This document shows positions 42,900 through 52,346 of a DNA stretch of 64,000 bases, in pieces. The position numbers and the translations under genes are program-made. How positions within the stretch are numbered: position 1 is the stretch's first letter; every line of letters begins with the position of its first letter. Source of the DNA: an uncultured bacterium. Lineage in GTDB: Bacteria; Armatimonadota; UBA5829. Where the stretch lies: NCBI GenBank assembly GCA_938074205.1, contig CALJES010000012.1, positions 342,840 through 406,839 on the forward strand, in the 5' to 3' direction. The notes under the pieces were generated by a model. It searched no databases, was not told where the DNA came from, and saw nothing but the letters and a program-made list of their open reading frames with translations.

Positions 42900-44506
42900 A
42901 AGTAAGGAAGCCTCCGATGAGGATGCATTTGGTGAACGCGGAGGAAATGCGTTTCCTCGACCGGCTGGCCACTGAGAAGTACGGCATTCCCAGCCTGCTC
43001 CTTATGGAAAATGCTGGTCGGGCAGTTAGCGCTACCGCAGTTGAAATCTTAGGCGAAGTTCGCGGTCGCAGGGTTTTGGTTGTATGCGGTCCTGGAAATA
43101 ACGGGGGCGACGGTTTTGTAGCCGCGCGGCACTTGCATAACGCAGGAGCCGACGTCCGCATATCATACTTCGGCGATAGGTCGAGGTCAAAAGGTGATGC
43201 CCTCACCAACTTGGAAATCGCCGAAAAAATGCAACTGGATATAGATTTTTCAGGAAGCCTGAGGCGCTTGAGGTTATCAGCCGGCTGGGCTGAGCTAGTA
43301 GTCGATGCGCTTCTTGGAACTGGTGTCAAGGGCGAGATCACTGGAGATCTAGCCAAAGCTATCGAGACAATCAATACCCACAAAGTGGGAGAAGTTATTG
43401 CAGTAGATATACCTTCCGGCGTCGATGCTGATACGGGGAAAACATGGGGAACGCTGCCGATGGGTGGCGCAGTAGATGCCGATTACACCGTGACCTTCGG
43501 TTTACCAAAAACCGGCCTAGTGACATACCCAGGCGCGAGCTATGTGGGGGAACTCATTGTAGCAGACATAAGCATTCCCAAGGAAGCTCTCAATAGCTGC
43601 AACAGCCAAACGTTCTTGCTAGACCCGAACGCTTTCTCCCTACCGCCCTGCAGATATGCCGCATCGCACAAAGGCGACTATGGTCACCTCGTCATAGTTG
43701 CAGGATCTGTCGGCATGACGGGAGCTGCCGCTTTGGCAGCCGAAGGAGCACTAAGAATAGGTACCGGACTGGTGACTGTGGCAGTGCCGGAGTCTTTGAA
43801 TGATATACTTGAAGTGAAACTTACCGAAGCGATGACAATACCTGTTGCGGAGAATCAGGCACGGGCTTTTGGTAAAGCTTCTGTCGACCAGACGTTAGAA
43901 ATTATCAATAAACGCGATGCTGTTGCGATTGGTCCTGGGTTGGGCCGTGGCGAGGATACGGTTGCATTCGTTCTGGACGTGGTGCACAGACTCGAAAGGC
44001 CAGCAGTCATCGATGCCGACGGGCTGTTTGCCGTTTCCAAAGACCTGAGTGTGCTCAAGGCTGCGAGAGAAGCAATCGTTATCACTCCCCATCCCGGCGA
44101 GATGGCGATCCTATTAGGAACTAGCGTTTCGGAGGTTCAGTCAAATCGTTTAGAGGTAGCTCGTGCGTTTGCTAAGGATTATGGTGTGACTGTAGTCTTG
44201 AAAGGAGCGGGAACTGTAGTTGCTCATCCAAGTGGCCGCGCTTTTGTCAACACCAGCGGCTCCCCAGGAATGGCGACCGGTGGAGTTGGAGACGTTCTCT
44301 CCGGAATGATTGGAGGACTGCTCGCTCAGGAATGGACTCCTGAGTCTGCGGCCTGCGCGGCAGTGTATCTACACGGTCGCGCGGGTGAGCTTGCTGCCGA
44401 AGAGTGCACTGAACCTTCGATGATCGCGTCCGACGTGGCTAGACACATAGGAGATGCCATCAACGAGACTATATACCTACAACACAGACAACGCGGAGAA
44501 GACTGA
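42896..44506 (+). CDS. nnr: bifunctional NAD(P)H-hydrate epimerase/dehydratase (YjeF N+C)
   Basis: 536 aa; YjeF_N (VLVVCGPGNNGGDG) plus carbohydrate-kinase-like YjeF_C; 4-nt overlap with acpS. Confidence 0.9.
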   Translation: MKVRKPPMRMHLVNAEEMRFLDRLATEKYGIPSLLLMENAGRAVSATAVEILGEVRGRRVLVVCGPGNNGGDGFVAARHLHNAGADVRISYFGDRSRSKGDALTNLEIAEKMQLDIDFSGSLRRLRLSAGWAELVVDALLGTGVKGEITGDLAKAIETINTHKVGEVIAVDIPSGVDADTGKTWGTLPMGGAVDADYTVTFGLPKTGLVTYPGASYVGELIVADISIPKEALNSCNSQTFLLDPNAFSLPPCRYAASHKGDYGHLVIVAGSVGMTGAAALAAEGALRIGTGLVTVAVPESLNDILEVKLTEAMTIPVAENQARAFGKASVDQTLEIINKRDAVAIGPGLGRGEDTVAFVLDVVHRLERPAVIDADGLFAVSKDLSVLKAAREAIVITPHPGEMAILLGTSVSEVQSNRLEVARAFAKDYGVTVVLKGAGTVVAHPSGRAFVNTSGSPGMATGGVGDVLSGMIGGLLAQEWTPESAACAAVYLHGRAGELAAEECTEPSMIASDVARHIGDAINETIYLQHRQRGED

Positions 44507-44540
44507 CAGGAAAGAGCTGCTAGGAAAGGGGTGAGCCGCT

Positions 44541-45824
44541 ATGAAAGCTATTAGGCTACTGGCTATTGCTGCGCTGGCAGTACTGACGCTGTGCGAACTA
44601 GGCGTATGTGGTCCTATTTTAAAGGTCGAGAAGAAAGGAACGTATTTCTATTGGTTTGATTATACCGATGGCTTCGGGGGCAAACGTGTTACCCAGCCCA
44701 TCAAGTTCAAGGGCAACTCGACCGAGCTCGATACATCGGCTTTGGGGACAACCTTTAAGGGCGCAAAACTGTTCGTCATGAGCAAAAAAACCGGAAACCT
44801 CGCGATTCTCGACTATGCACCGGAAAAGAATCAGAAATCAGCCAAAGAGATTGTGCTTAAGAACGATGCGTTCGCGTATGTCCGCAACGTACGGCTGCGT
44901 ATCGTTGCAGAAGATGGTTCTCCCGTTGAAAGCGCCCTAGTCGAGATAACGGATGGCGAAGGAACACCGATGGCGGCGGTCATAACACCGGCCGATAACG
45001 GCACTGCAAGTTTTCAGAACGTTGCGGCAGGGGAGGTTAATGTCAAAGTCCGAGCAGCTGGCGTTACGAAGACAATAGACTCCGATATAGAAGTCCCGAC
45101 AAAGCGCGATAAACCCTGGTTCGAAAAAGACGTGAGGGTGAAAGGTGACGTGGATACTCTTCCCACTCAGGTTATTGTTCCCACTGAGGCCAAGACAGGT
45201 GAGGCCGAAACAGCAAAGCGCGAGCACGCATCTAGTCTAGATCTAGCTCTGCAAACGCTAGCTGGAATCATATTTTTGGTAATCGTTGTCGCCATCATAT
45301 ACGCAGTAGTTAGGGCCAGAGGCATCACTGTAGAACAAGCGCTGCGCAAATTGGGCGTTCAGTTGCCGGATAGTGCAACTGGTACGGCACAACCTGGCGC
45401 TGGTGAGGTCGGGCCAGCAACATCGGGTGTTGACCAAAGCATTTGTCCGTTCTGCGGCCAGAAGCGAGACGCTTCCGGAAACTGCGCTTGCTCTGTTCAA
45501 CCAACTGCTGCAACGCCCCAAACTGCATTCGACCTAGCACCTAGGCTAGTTGGTTTGACGGGGTTATATGCAGGCCAAGTGTTCGCACTCAGTTCGGGAA
45601 CTCAAGTTGTCGGTAGAGAAGCTGGGTGTCACGTGCCTCTGGTCAATGACAATACAACGTCGCGTCGTCACGCGACTATAACCGTGTCGCCAGACGGTTA
45701 CACGATTCGCGACGAGGGAAGCTCCAATGGTACGTTCGTAAACGGTGTTCGCATTCAGGAACAGAAGCTCACTCCCGGCGACGAGATTCAGATAGGCGCG
45801 ACCCGATTTCGGTTCGAGGTATAG
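44541..45824 (+). CDS. single-pass membrane FHA protein: signal peptide, extracytoplasmic domain, TM helix, cytoplasmic zinc ribbon, C-terminal FHA domain
   Basis: 427 aa; TM LQTLAGIIFLVIVVAIIYAVV; CPFCGQ...NCAC; FHA signature GRE...SRRHATI...GSSNGTFVNG. Confidence 0.85.
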   Translation: MKAIRLLAIAALAVLTLCELGVCGPILKVEKKGTYFYWFDYTDGFGGKRVTQPIKFKGNSTELDTSALGTTFKGAKLFVMSKKTGNLAILDYAPEKNQKSAKEIVLKNDAFAYVRNVRLRIVAEDGSPVESALVEITDGEGTPMAAVITPADNGTASFQNVAAGEVNVKVRAAGVTKTIDSDIEVPTKRDKPWFEKDVRVKGDVDTLPTQVIVPTEAKTGEAETAKREHASSLDLALQTLAGIIFLVIVVAIIYAVVRARGITVEQALRKLGVQLPDSATGTAQPGAGEVGPATSGVDQSICPFCGQKRDASGNCACSVQPTAATPQTAFDLAPRLVGLTGLYAGQVFALSSGTQVVGREAGCHVPLVNDNTTSRRHATITVSPDGYTIRDEGSSNGTFVNGVRIQEQKLTPGDEIQIGATRFRFEV

Positions 45825-45871
45825 GATCGGGCAGGAGCGCCAGCCGACGTGACGGTTGTGCGGAGGCGAAG

Positions 45872-47371
45872 TTGATCCGAGTAATCCGATGTACACTTGG
45901 GGCGCTTACGGGGGCTATTGTGGCATGGGGGTCAATGGAATGGACGAGACTCTTGCCAGAGTCGCGCACGCCGGGTGTGGAAGTGATAATCCCGTACTCC
46001 TATCTGTTCATAATAGGACTTGTTTCAGGGCTACTTATCGGCCTCGCGGTGGGAATAGCTGAAGCTCTTGGAGCCTTTTCACCAAAAGAGGCGCGTAGGG
46101 GTCTTCTGGCTGGGGCAACGATGGGTGCAGCTGGTGGGGTTATCGGCGTCACATTGGGAAATGCGGTATATAATGCTATGCGAGCGCTCGCGGGCGGAAG
46201 TCCGTATGGTCCGCAGTTGCCATCAAATGTGCCTCCTGAAGCTAGAATTCCATCGGTCCCTGCTCCTATAGCATTCCTACTGCTGCTTATTGGCCGTGGT
46301 CTAGGATGGGCTCTCATAGGAGCTTTCATCGGAATTTCGCAGGGGATCGCCGCCGGTTCAATGAGGCGTATGGTCAACGGCACCGTCGGCGGATTTATCG
46401 GCGGCGGGCTTGGTGGATGCGTTTTCGAGATCCTTGTCTGGCTTAACAAGGGTGGTGTTGCAAATTTCCCGCCGGAGTTTATCCGCTTCATCAGTTTTAG
46501 CTCTACAGGAGCGGCAATTGGACTGTTTATCGGTTTTGCAGGGGAGCTCGCAAAGCAAGCCTGGCTGGTGCGTCTTGTCGGAATCAATGAAGGCAAGCAG
46601 TACATTCTCGAAAAGCCCGAAACGGTTATAGGGCGAAGCGAATTGGTAGACGTGCCCATATTCGGCGATCCGGACGTAGCAGAGCGACATGCGGTGATAG
46701 TTAAAGAAGTAGGGCGTTTCTACATACAAGACCTTGGCTCATACGCCGGAACATGGGTAAATGACGTCCGAGTATCCAAGCAAATACTGCAGGACCGTGA
46801 CACGATAACGTTAGGCAAAACTCGATTCTTGTTTAGAGAAAAGGCAACGGAGCGAATTGACTTTGCGCCGACAAACTCATACGGCCCCCGCGAAAAGATT
46901 CCAACATCGCCACACATATGCCCGTTTTGCGGGTCGGTCAAAGATGAAATGGGCAATTGCCAGTGTGCTGTACCTCCTGGGCCCACATCTCAGCCAACAG
47001 CGTCGACCCCAAGCCAGATTTTGCAAGTTAATCAGCCTATACAACCTTCTGATGTAACTGTGCCCATGGCGACAACCGTTGATCAACCGAAGCTAGTTGC
47101 CCTCACCGGGCCTTATGCGGGACGAACGTTCACGCTTAAGCCTGTGATTACTGAGATCGGCAGAGAAGCTACGAAAGACATATCTCTTTCGGTGGACAGT
47201 GCTGTCAGTCGGAAACACGCGCGCATAGTCCGCGAGGGCACCTCATACGTCATATACGATGAAGGCAGTACGAACGGAACATACGTCAACAACACTCGCG
47301 TAACAAGACAGGAACTTGTTAACGGAGACGTGGTTCAGATCGGCAGCACGAAGTTTATGTTTGAATTGTAG
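45872..47371 (+). CDS. polytopic membrane protein (Gly-zipper-rich TM domain) with FHA - zinc ribbon - FHA cytoplasmic module
   Basis: 499 aa; ~6 TM segments rich in GxxxG; FHA1 (GRSEL...ERHAVI...GSYAGTWVN); CPFCGS...NCQC; FHA2 (GREAT...SRKHARI...GSTNGTYVN). Confidence 0.85.
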   Translation: MIRVIRCTLGALTGAIVAWGSMEWTRLLPESRTPGVEVIIPYSYLFIIGLVSGLLIGLAVGIAEALGAFSPKEARRGLLAGATMGAAGGVIGVTLGNAVYNAMRALAGGSPYGPQLPSNVPPEARIPSVPAPIAFLLLLIGRGLGWALIGAFIGISQGIAAGSMRRMVNGTVGGFIGGGLGGCVFEILVWLNKGGVANFPPEFIRFISFSSTGAAIGLFIGFAGELAKQAWLVRLVGINEGKQYILEKPETVIGRSELVDVPIFGDPDVAERHAVIVKEVGRFYIQDLGSYAGTWVNDVRVSKQILQDRDTITLGKTRFLFREKATERIDFAPTNSYGPREKIPTSPHICPFCGSVKDEMGNCQCAVPPGPTSQPTASTPSQILQVNQPIQPSDVTVPMATTVDQPKLVALTGPYAGRTFTLKPVITEIGREATKDISLSVDSAVSRKHARIVREGTSYVIYDEGSTNGTYVNNTRVTRQELVNGDVVQIGSTKFMFEL

Positions 47372-47438
47372 CCGGTATCTAAACGCAACGGAGTCGTAGG
47401 TCACTTGACTAATTCAATTCGATTCCCGAACTTACGGG

Positions 47439-48794
47439 GTGAATGGCATGGACGATAAAACGCACATTTTTCCGCCTGAAGATCCTAACAAAACGCATAT
47501 CAGCAGCTTCGATCCCAACGCAACTCAGCTTGCTGGGTCGATAGATCCGAACCGCACAGCGATGGCCGGAAGCATCAGGTCTCTCACTGTAGAGTGCGTT
47601 CTGGAAAACACCTGTGCCCTTGCAACTCAGGCGAGCCGCATGCATGTGTTGGTCAAGATCATTGCGAGTGGCAGCGCTATGGGTGCCCGAATGCCTCTGA
47701 ATTTGTGTCTGATTCTGGATCGCAGCGGGTCTATGGAAGGCTCGCCTATGGACTATATGAAACAAGCGTGCGGATATGTGGTAGACATGCTCCAGCCGAA
47801 TGATGTGCTGTCGATCGTGGCTTTTTCGGACGAGGCCGAAGTCATTATGCCGGCGCGCAGAGTTATCAACAAACAGCTTATAAAGGAGCACATAAACCGC
47901 CTCGAAGTGGGAAACACCACAAATCTCTACGACGGCATTGCACTCGGTGCAAGTCAACTGGCTGCCGTTGCTTCGCCTGGGTACGTGACTCGTGCCCTGC
48001 TGTTTACGGACGGTGAACCGACCTCGGGCAATAAAGACTTCAGCTCTATCGTTGGACAGGTAGTGGAACAGAAAAGTAGAGGTATCACGTTTACGGCTTT
48101 GGGCTTTGGGCCTGAGTATAACGAGGAGCTTCTTTCCGCCATCGCTAAGCGCAGCGGAGGCAACTACTACTACATTATGCGTCCGGAGCTAATACCTGAA
48201 ATATTCCGCAAGGAGCTCGAGTCGGTCATGATGACGGTGGCTCGGAACGTCAGGATGCGCGTACTTATGTCGCGGTGGGTGCAAGTTAGACAGATCTATA
48301 ACAAACTCCCCACCTATGGGCATCGAAGCGCCGAGGTCACTTTGGCGGATCTAGAACGTGGCGAACTGCAGACAGCTATTGTGGAGTTGGAGCTTGGACC
48401 GCGGCCTGGCGGCAGATACCGTGTAGCAAAAATCGAAATCATATACGATGACTCTTCCACTGGAAAAACCGAAACGGTTTCATCAGATGTAGTTATTAGC
48501 TTCACGACAGATGCTGCGCGCATCGCAGGCGGTTTCAACCCAGAAGTGCAGCGCGAACTTGAGGTAGCTAAAGCCTCGCGAAATCTCGAGCGCACAGTAA
48601 TGGGGATGCGCACACAGATGATATCGCCCGATGAGGCACTTAGAGAGCTGGAAAAGACACAGGCTCTACTTATCCAGCAGGGCAAGACTCTTCAGGCGCA
48701 GGATATCCAGAGAGCGATCGATCAGATCAAACAGGGAGCTGCAGCCGAAAAGACACTTATAGGTATAAACCTTGACCGGGAGAAAGCACAATGA
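47439..48794 (+). CDS. von Willebrand factor A (vWA) domain protein (TerY-like)
   Basis: 451 aa; MIDAS motif LDRSGSMEG, vWA fold, C-terminal beta-rich + coiled-coil region; N-terminal DPNxT x4 repeats. Confidence 0.85.
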   Translation: MNGMDDKTHIFPPEDPNKTHISSFDPNATQLAGSIDPNRTAMAGSIRSLTVECVLENTCALATQASRMHVLVKIIASGSAMGARMPLNLCLILDRSGSMEGSPMDYMKQACGYVVDMLQPNDVLSIVAFSDEAEVIMPARRVINKQLIKEHINRLEVGNTTNLYDGIALGASQLAAVASPGYVTRALLFTDGEPTSGNKDFSSIVGQVVEQKSRGITFTALGFGPEYNEELLSAIAKRSGGNYYYIMRPELIPEIFRKELESVMMTVARNVRMRVLMSRWVQVRQIYNKLPTYGHRSAEVTLADLERGELQTAIVELELGPRPGGRYRVAKIEIIYDDSSTGKTETVSSDVVISFTTDAARIAGGFNPEVQRELEVAKASRNLERTVMGMRTQMISPDEALRELEKTQALLIQQGKTLQAQDIQRAIDQIKQGAAAEKTLIGINLDREKAQ

Positions 48795-49696
48795 TGATGG
48801 AAGACGTAGATAAAACGATTCCAGCAGGAGATCTATATCCGGGAACAGTGCCCACAGTGAGCCGGACTGACGCAGAGCCTACGCAGATGGCCGTAAGTGT
48901 GGAGTGCCCGGTTTGCCATACGCCGAATCCCCCTGCGGAAGTCTACTGCATGGACTGCGGCTTTCTGTTGTCATCTACGCCTGAGGAGCGAATGGAAGAA
49001 TTTGAAGTTAGTCCTCCTGCCGTTCTGGTAACGCAAGACGGAACGCGCGAGTTTACACTGCGAGTCGGCGAGAACACTGTCGGCCGGCAGGATGCGGACG
49101 TGCTCCTTACACACAACACGGTTTCAAGAAAGCATGCTGTTGTTACCTTAGAGGATGGCAAGGTATATGTCGAAGATATCGGAAGCACCAACGGGACCTT
49201 TGTCGGTGGGAAAAAACTGGAGCCAGGGCAAAGAGTTGAGTTGGCTAACAGCGCAGAGGTAGTTTTTGGAAACCAGTTGCTAATTCTGAAACTTGTTGCC
49301 GCAACGCAGGAGAAGGCCGCTGAAGAAGAACCACCGCAGCAGAAATACGCTATCGAAACAGGTCAAATTAGTGTACAAGAGCAAGAGACAGAACAAGCCC
49401 AACTTGTTGCCAAGCTGGTGTCTGAGGACGGCAAGCTGTCTTATATTCTTGCTCCAGGAACGTACTCAGTAGGTCGCAGAGAAGGAAACGCCATCGTAAT
49501 TCCTGACCCGTATTGTTCCGGCAGTCACGCGGAGCTACGCGTTCAGAAAAGCCGGATCGAGGTTGTAGATCTCGAGAGCACAAATGGTACGTGGGTCAAC
49601 GGGGTAAGAATCGAGCCCAACGAGCCTCGTGAGGTGCAAATTGGCGACGAGCTGACTTTCGGAAAAACCGTGCTCAGATTAGAGGAAATGCAATGA
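48791..49696 (+). CDS. cytoplasmic zinc ribbon + tandem FHA domain protein
   Basis: 301 aa; CPVCH...CMDCG; FHA1 (GRQDA...SRKHAVV...GSTNGTFV), FHA2 (GRREG...GSHAEL...ESTNGTWVNG); 4-nt overlaps with vWA upstream and PP2C downstream. Confidence 0.85.
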   Translation: MMMEDVDKTIPAGDLYPGTVPTVSRTDAEPTQMAVSVECPVCHTPNPPAEVYCMDCGFLLSSTPEERMEEFEVSPPAVLVTQDGTREFTLRVGENTVGRQDADVLLTHNTVSRKHAVVTLEDGKVYVEDIGSTNGTFVGGKKLEPGQRVELANSAEVVFGNQLLILKLVAATQEKAAEEEPPQQKYAIETGQISVQEQETEQAQLVAKLVSEDGKLSYILAPGTYSVGRREGNAIVIPDPYCSGSHAELRVQKSRIEVVDLESTNGTWVNGVRIEPNEPREVQIGDELTFGKTVLRLEEMQ

Positions 49697-50580
49697 CAGA
49701 CGACTCCAAACAGGAGATCACAGCCAAGATAAACACTGCCGAACTTGTTCAGGCTTGGGAAGAAAAAGCCCAAAAAGCAAGGCGTATCAAGCTGGTAACT
49801 GCTTTAGGTGCGCGAACAGATTTGGGACGTATTCGTGAGAACAACGAGGACAAGTTTGAGTTTTACATGCCCGAAGACGAAGAAACGCTTGCCAGAAAAG
49901 GCTGGTTCTTTGCAGTAGCAGATGGTATGGGAGGTCATTCGGCAGGTCAAATAGCCAGCGAACTTGCACTTAAGACTACCATAAGCAGTTACTACAGCGA
50001 CGATTCTCCTATTGTGGAAGAGTCTCTCAGAGCAGCCATAGCAAAGGCTAACGCGCTCATATTCGATACTTCGAGAGCCGTCCTAGAGCGCTCTGGCATG
50101 GGGACAACGATCACTGCGTTAGTATTGCGCGGAGATGAGGCGTTCGTCGCGCAGGTCGGCGACAGCAGGTGTTATCTAATGCGTAATGGCCGGTTGACAC
50201 AAATAACAGAGGATCACTCTTGGGTAAACGAGCAGGTAAAGCGCGGTGGACTATCGCGCGAAGAGGCAGAATGTTCACCATTCAAGAACGTCATCACTCG
50301 CTCGCTGGGGACATCACCTACTGTTGAGGTCGATTTATTCACTCAGGACATAATGCCAGGAGATGTTTTCCTGCTTTGTTCAGACGGTCTGAGCGGGGAG
50401 CTCAGCGATGACGAAATAAGAGACGTTCTAGCTGGCGAGTGTGCGTCTGTGGCAGCGTGGAAACTCGTTGACCGAGCTTTGGAAAATGGAGGGCACGACA
50501 ATGTCACGACACTTGTTGTTGCCATTAAAGATATCATTAGACCCAAAAAGAAAAGGCGCTTTTGTTTGCTGTGTGGCTAG
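49693..50580 (+). CDS. PP2C-family Ser/Thr protein phosphatase (Stp/PstP-like)
   Basis: 295 aa; FAVADGMGGH, GTTITAL, VGDSRCY, LLCSDGL, GGHDNVT motifs. Confidence 0.9.
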   Translation: MTDDSKQEITAKINTAELVQAWEEKAQKARRIKLVTALGARTDLGRIRENNEDKFEFYMPEDEETLARKGWFFAVADGMGGHSAGQIASELALKTTISSYYSDDSPIVEESLRAAIAKANALIFDTSRAVLERSGMGTTITALVLRGDEAFVAQVGDSRCYLMRNGRLTQITEDHSWVNEQVKRGGLSREEAECSPFKNVITRSLGTSPTVEVDLFTQDIMPGDVFLLCSDGLSGELSDDEIRDVLAGECASVAAWKLVDRALENGGHDNVTTLVVAIKDIIRPKKKRRFCLLCG

Positions 50581-50635
50581 CAGCGCCGAAATTTTGTATA
50601 ACAATTGAATTGGTGTAACGTTCGACTAGGTAGTT

Positions 50636-52276
50636 ATGACGGTGTCTGCGCAATCAACCAACACTCTCGGAAAATACCAGATAATTAGGGAGATCGCTCG
50701 GTCGAACGATATCGTGTACGAGGCGATTGACCCGTCCATAAACCGACGCGTCGCCCTGAAGGAGCTTTGGCTTGACCCTAGTCTAACAGGCGTACAGAAG
50801 CGGGAACGCATAGAGCGCTTTTGGCGCGAGGGGAAAGCAGCCGGCCGACTGAGCCACCCGAACATTGTCACCATTTATGAGGTAGGGCGCGACGGTGATC
50901 GGTACTTTATTGCAATGGAATACCTGGAAGGACAGACCCTGCGCGATGTGTTGCAGGCGGGAGGTCCTTTACCCATCGAAACGATCAAGGATTACGTGCT
51001 CCAATTGTGCTCAGCACTCTCGTATGCGCACAGCAACGGCGTGATACACCGTGATATCAAGCCAGAAAACGTACAAATTCTTCCCGGCGGACATATCAAG
51101 CTGACGGACTTCGGCATTGCCCGCATAATGGGTGAGCCTGTAATCACACAGGACGGACAAGTTTTCGGAACTCCCAGCTATATGTCTCCGGAACAGGTCG
51201 CCGGTAAACCTATTGATGCACGATCCGACATCTTCTCTTTGGGAGTTCTGATATACGAAATGTTGACTGGCAAAAAGCCTTTTGCAGGTGACAGCCTCGT
51301 CACCATAACCTACAACATAATGAATATGGAGCCGCCTCCACCTCCTGGGGCACCGCCTTATTTAGCAGCAATTGTAAGAAAAGCAATGGCAAAGGACCCA
51401 GAGAAGCGGTATCAATCAGTGGACGAGCTGGCTGAGGATCTTCGGAATGAAAGATGTAGCGATCCGGATTTCTATACCGGTCTTGAATCACAACCCAGCA
51501 CTTCGGCCTCTCAGCTGACGAGACAGCAACCAGTTCCCGTAACAGGTTATAGCGCTCCAATGCCTTCGTCCACGACTGCTGGTCCGCCGGATCCTTTTGC
51601 GCAGCCTTTTCCGGCTCCCTCGCCGCCTCCTCCCCCGCAGCCGATACTCAGCGCGGAGACCCGAAGCTTTTTGGGAGTGTTTTTCCTCGTGATAGGTGTA
51701 GCTGGAATGATTATCTTCGCCATATGGGCGCTCAATATTGCGTATGAGAGTTATGTAACGGCTCAGACGACCTCTGCTGCTGCGCGATATTACGAACAAG
51801 GCATCGAACTACTAAAGAGGGGCAGATTGGATGTCGCGGAGCAGCAGTTTCAACACGCGATCAGGGTATCTCCTAAGTCAGAAATTGCAAAGTATTCGCA
51901 AGATGCAATCTACCAGATCTGGACAGCTCGCGCACATTCTTACGCAAGCCAGCGCAACCAGCGAGCGTTGGAAGAGCAAGCTCGCAGGATGATCGAGTTG
52001 AGGCCCAATAACCCTGAGGGCCACTTCTACCTAGGACTTGCCTACGAACGGCAAGGCAAGTTAAGTGAGGCCATTGCCGAGTACGAAAAGGCTTCGCTGT
52101 TGGCGGGTAACGACGAGGCAGGTTACGGACAAGCTTCTCGATCTAGGATTGAATACTTAAAAGACTTATTGCAAGAAGCTAACACGCCTGGTTCAATGCA
52201 ACCACCTACCTACGATGCACCGCAGCCGCCTTCGTCCGATATTCCGTATCAATGGCCGCCGCGTGGGAGTCCGTAA
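50636..52276 (+). CDS. Hanks-type Ser/Thr protein kinase with Pro-rich linker, TM helix and extracytoplasmic TPR domain
   Basis: 546 aa; VALK, HRDIKPEN, DFGIA, SPE kinase subdomains; TM FLGVFFLVIGVAGMIIFAIWAL; C-terminal TPR. Confidence 0.92.
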   Translation: MTVSAQSTNTLGKYQIIREIARSNDIVYEAIDPSINRRVALKELWLDPSLTGVQKRERIERFWREGKAAGRLSHPNIVTIYEVGRDGDRYFIAMEYLEGQTLRDVLQAGGPLPIETIKDYVLQLCSALSYAHSNGVIHRDIKPENVQILPGGHIKLTDFGIARIMGEPVITQDGQVFGTPSYMSPEQVAGKPIDARSDIFSLGVLIYEMLTGKKPFAGDSLVTITYNIMNMEPPPPPGAPPYLAAIVRKAMAKDPEKRYQSVDELAEDLRNERCSDPDFYTGLESQPSTSASQLTRQQPVPVTGYSAPMPSSTTAGPPDPFAQPFPAPSPPPPPQPILSAETRSFLGVFFLVIGVAGMIIFAIWALNIAYESYVTAQTTSAAARYYEQGIELLKRGRLDVAEQQFQHAIRVSPKSEIAKYSQDAIYQIWTARAHSYASQRNQRALEEQARRMIELRPNNPEGHFYLGLAYERQGKLSEAIAEYEKASLLAGNDEAGYGQASRSRIEYLKDLLQEANTPGSMQPPTYDAPQPPSSDIPYQWPPRGSP

Positions 52277-52346
52277 ATAATGAAGGTCTACGAATTCTAA
52301 GATATGAAGGATATGTGCAACTTTGGAATAATCCAAATAACTTGGT

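Noticed and set aside
52277-52346. Terminator between the Ser/Thr kinase and the DUF62 gene
   Set aside because: AT-rich 70-nt gap without a stable hairpin. A strong bidirectional terminator occurs only after the DUF62 gene (53178-53200).
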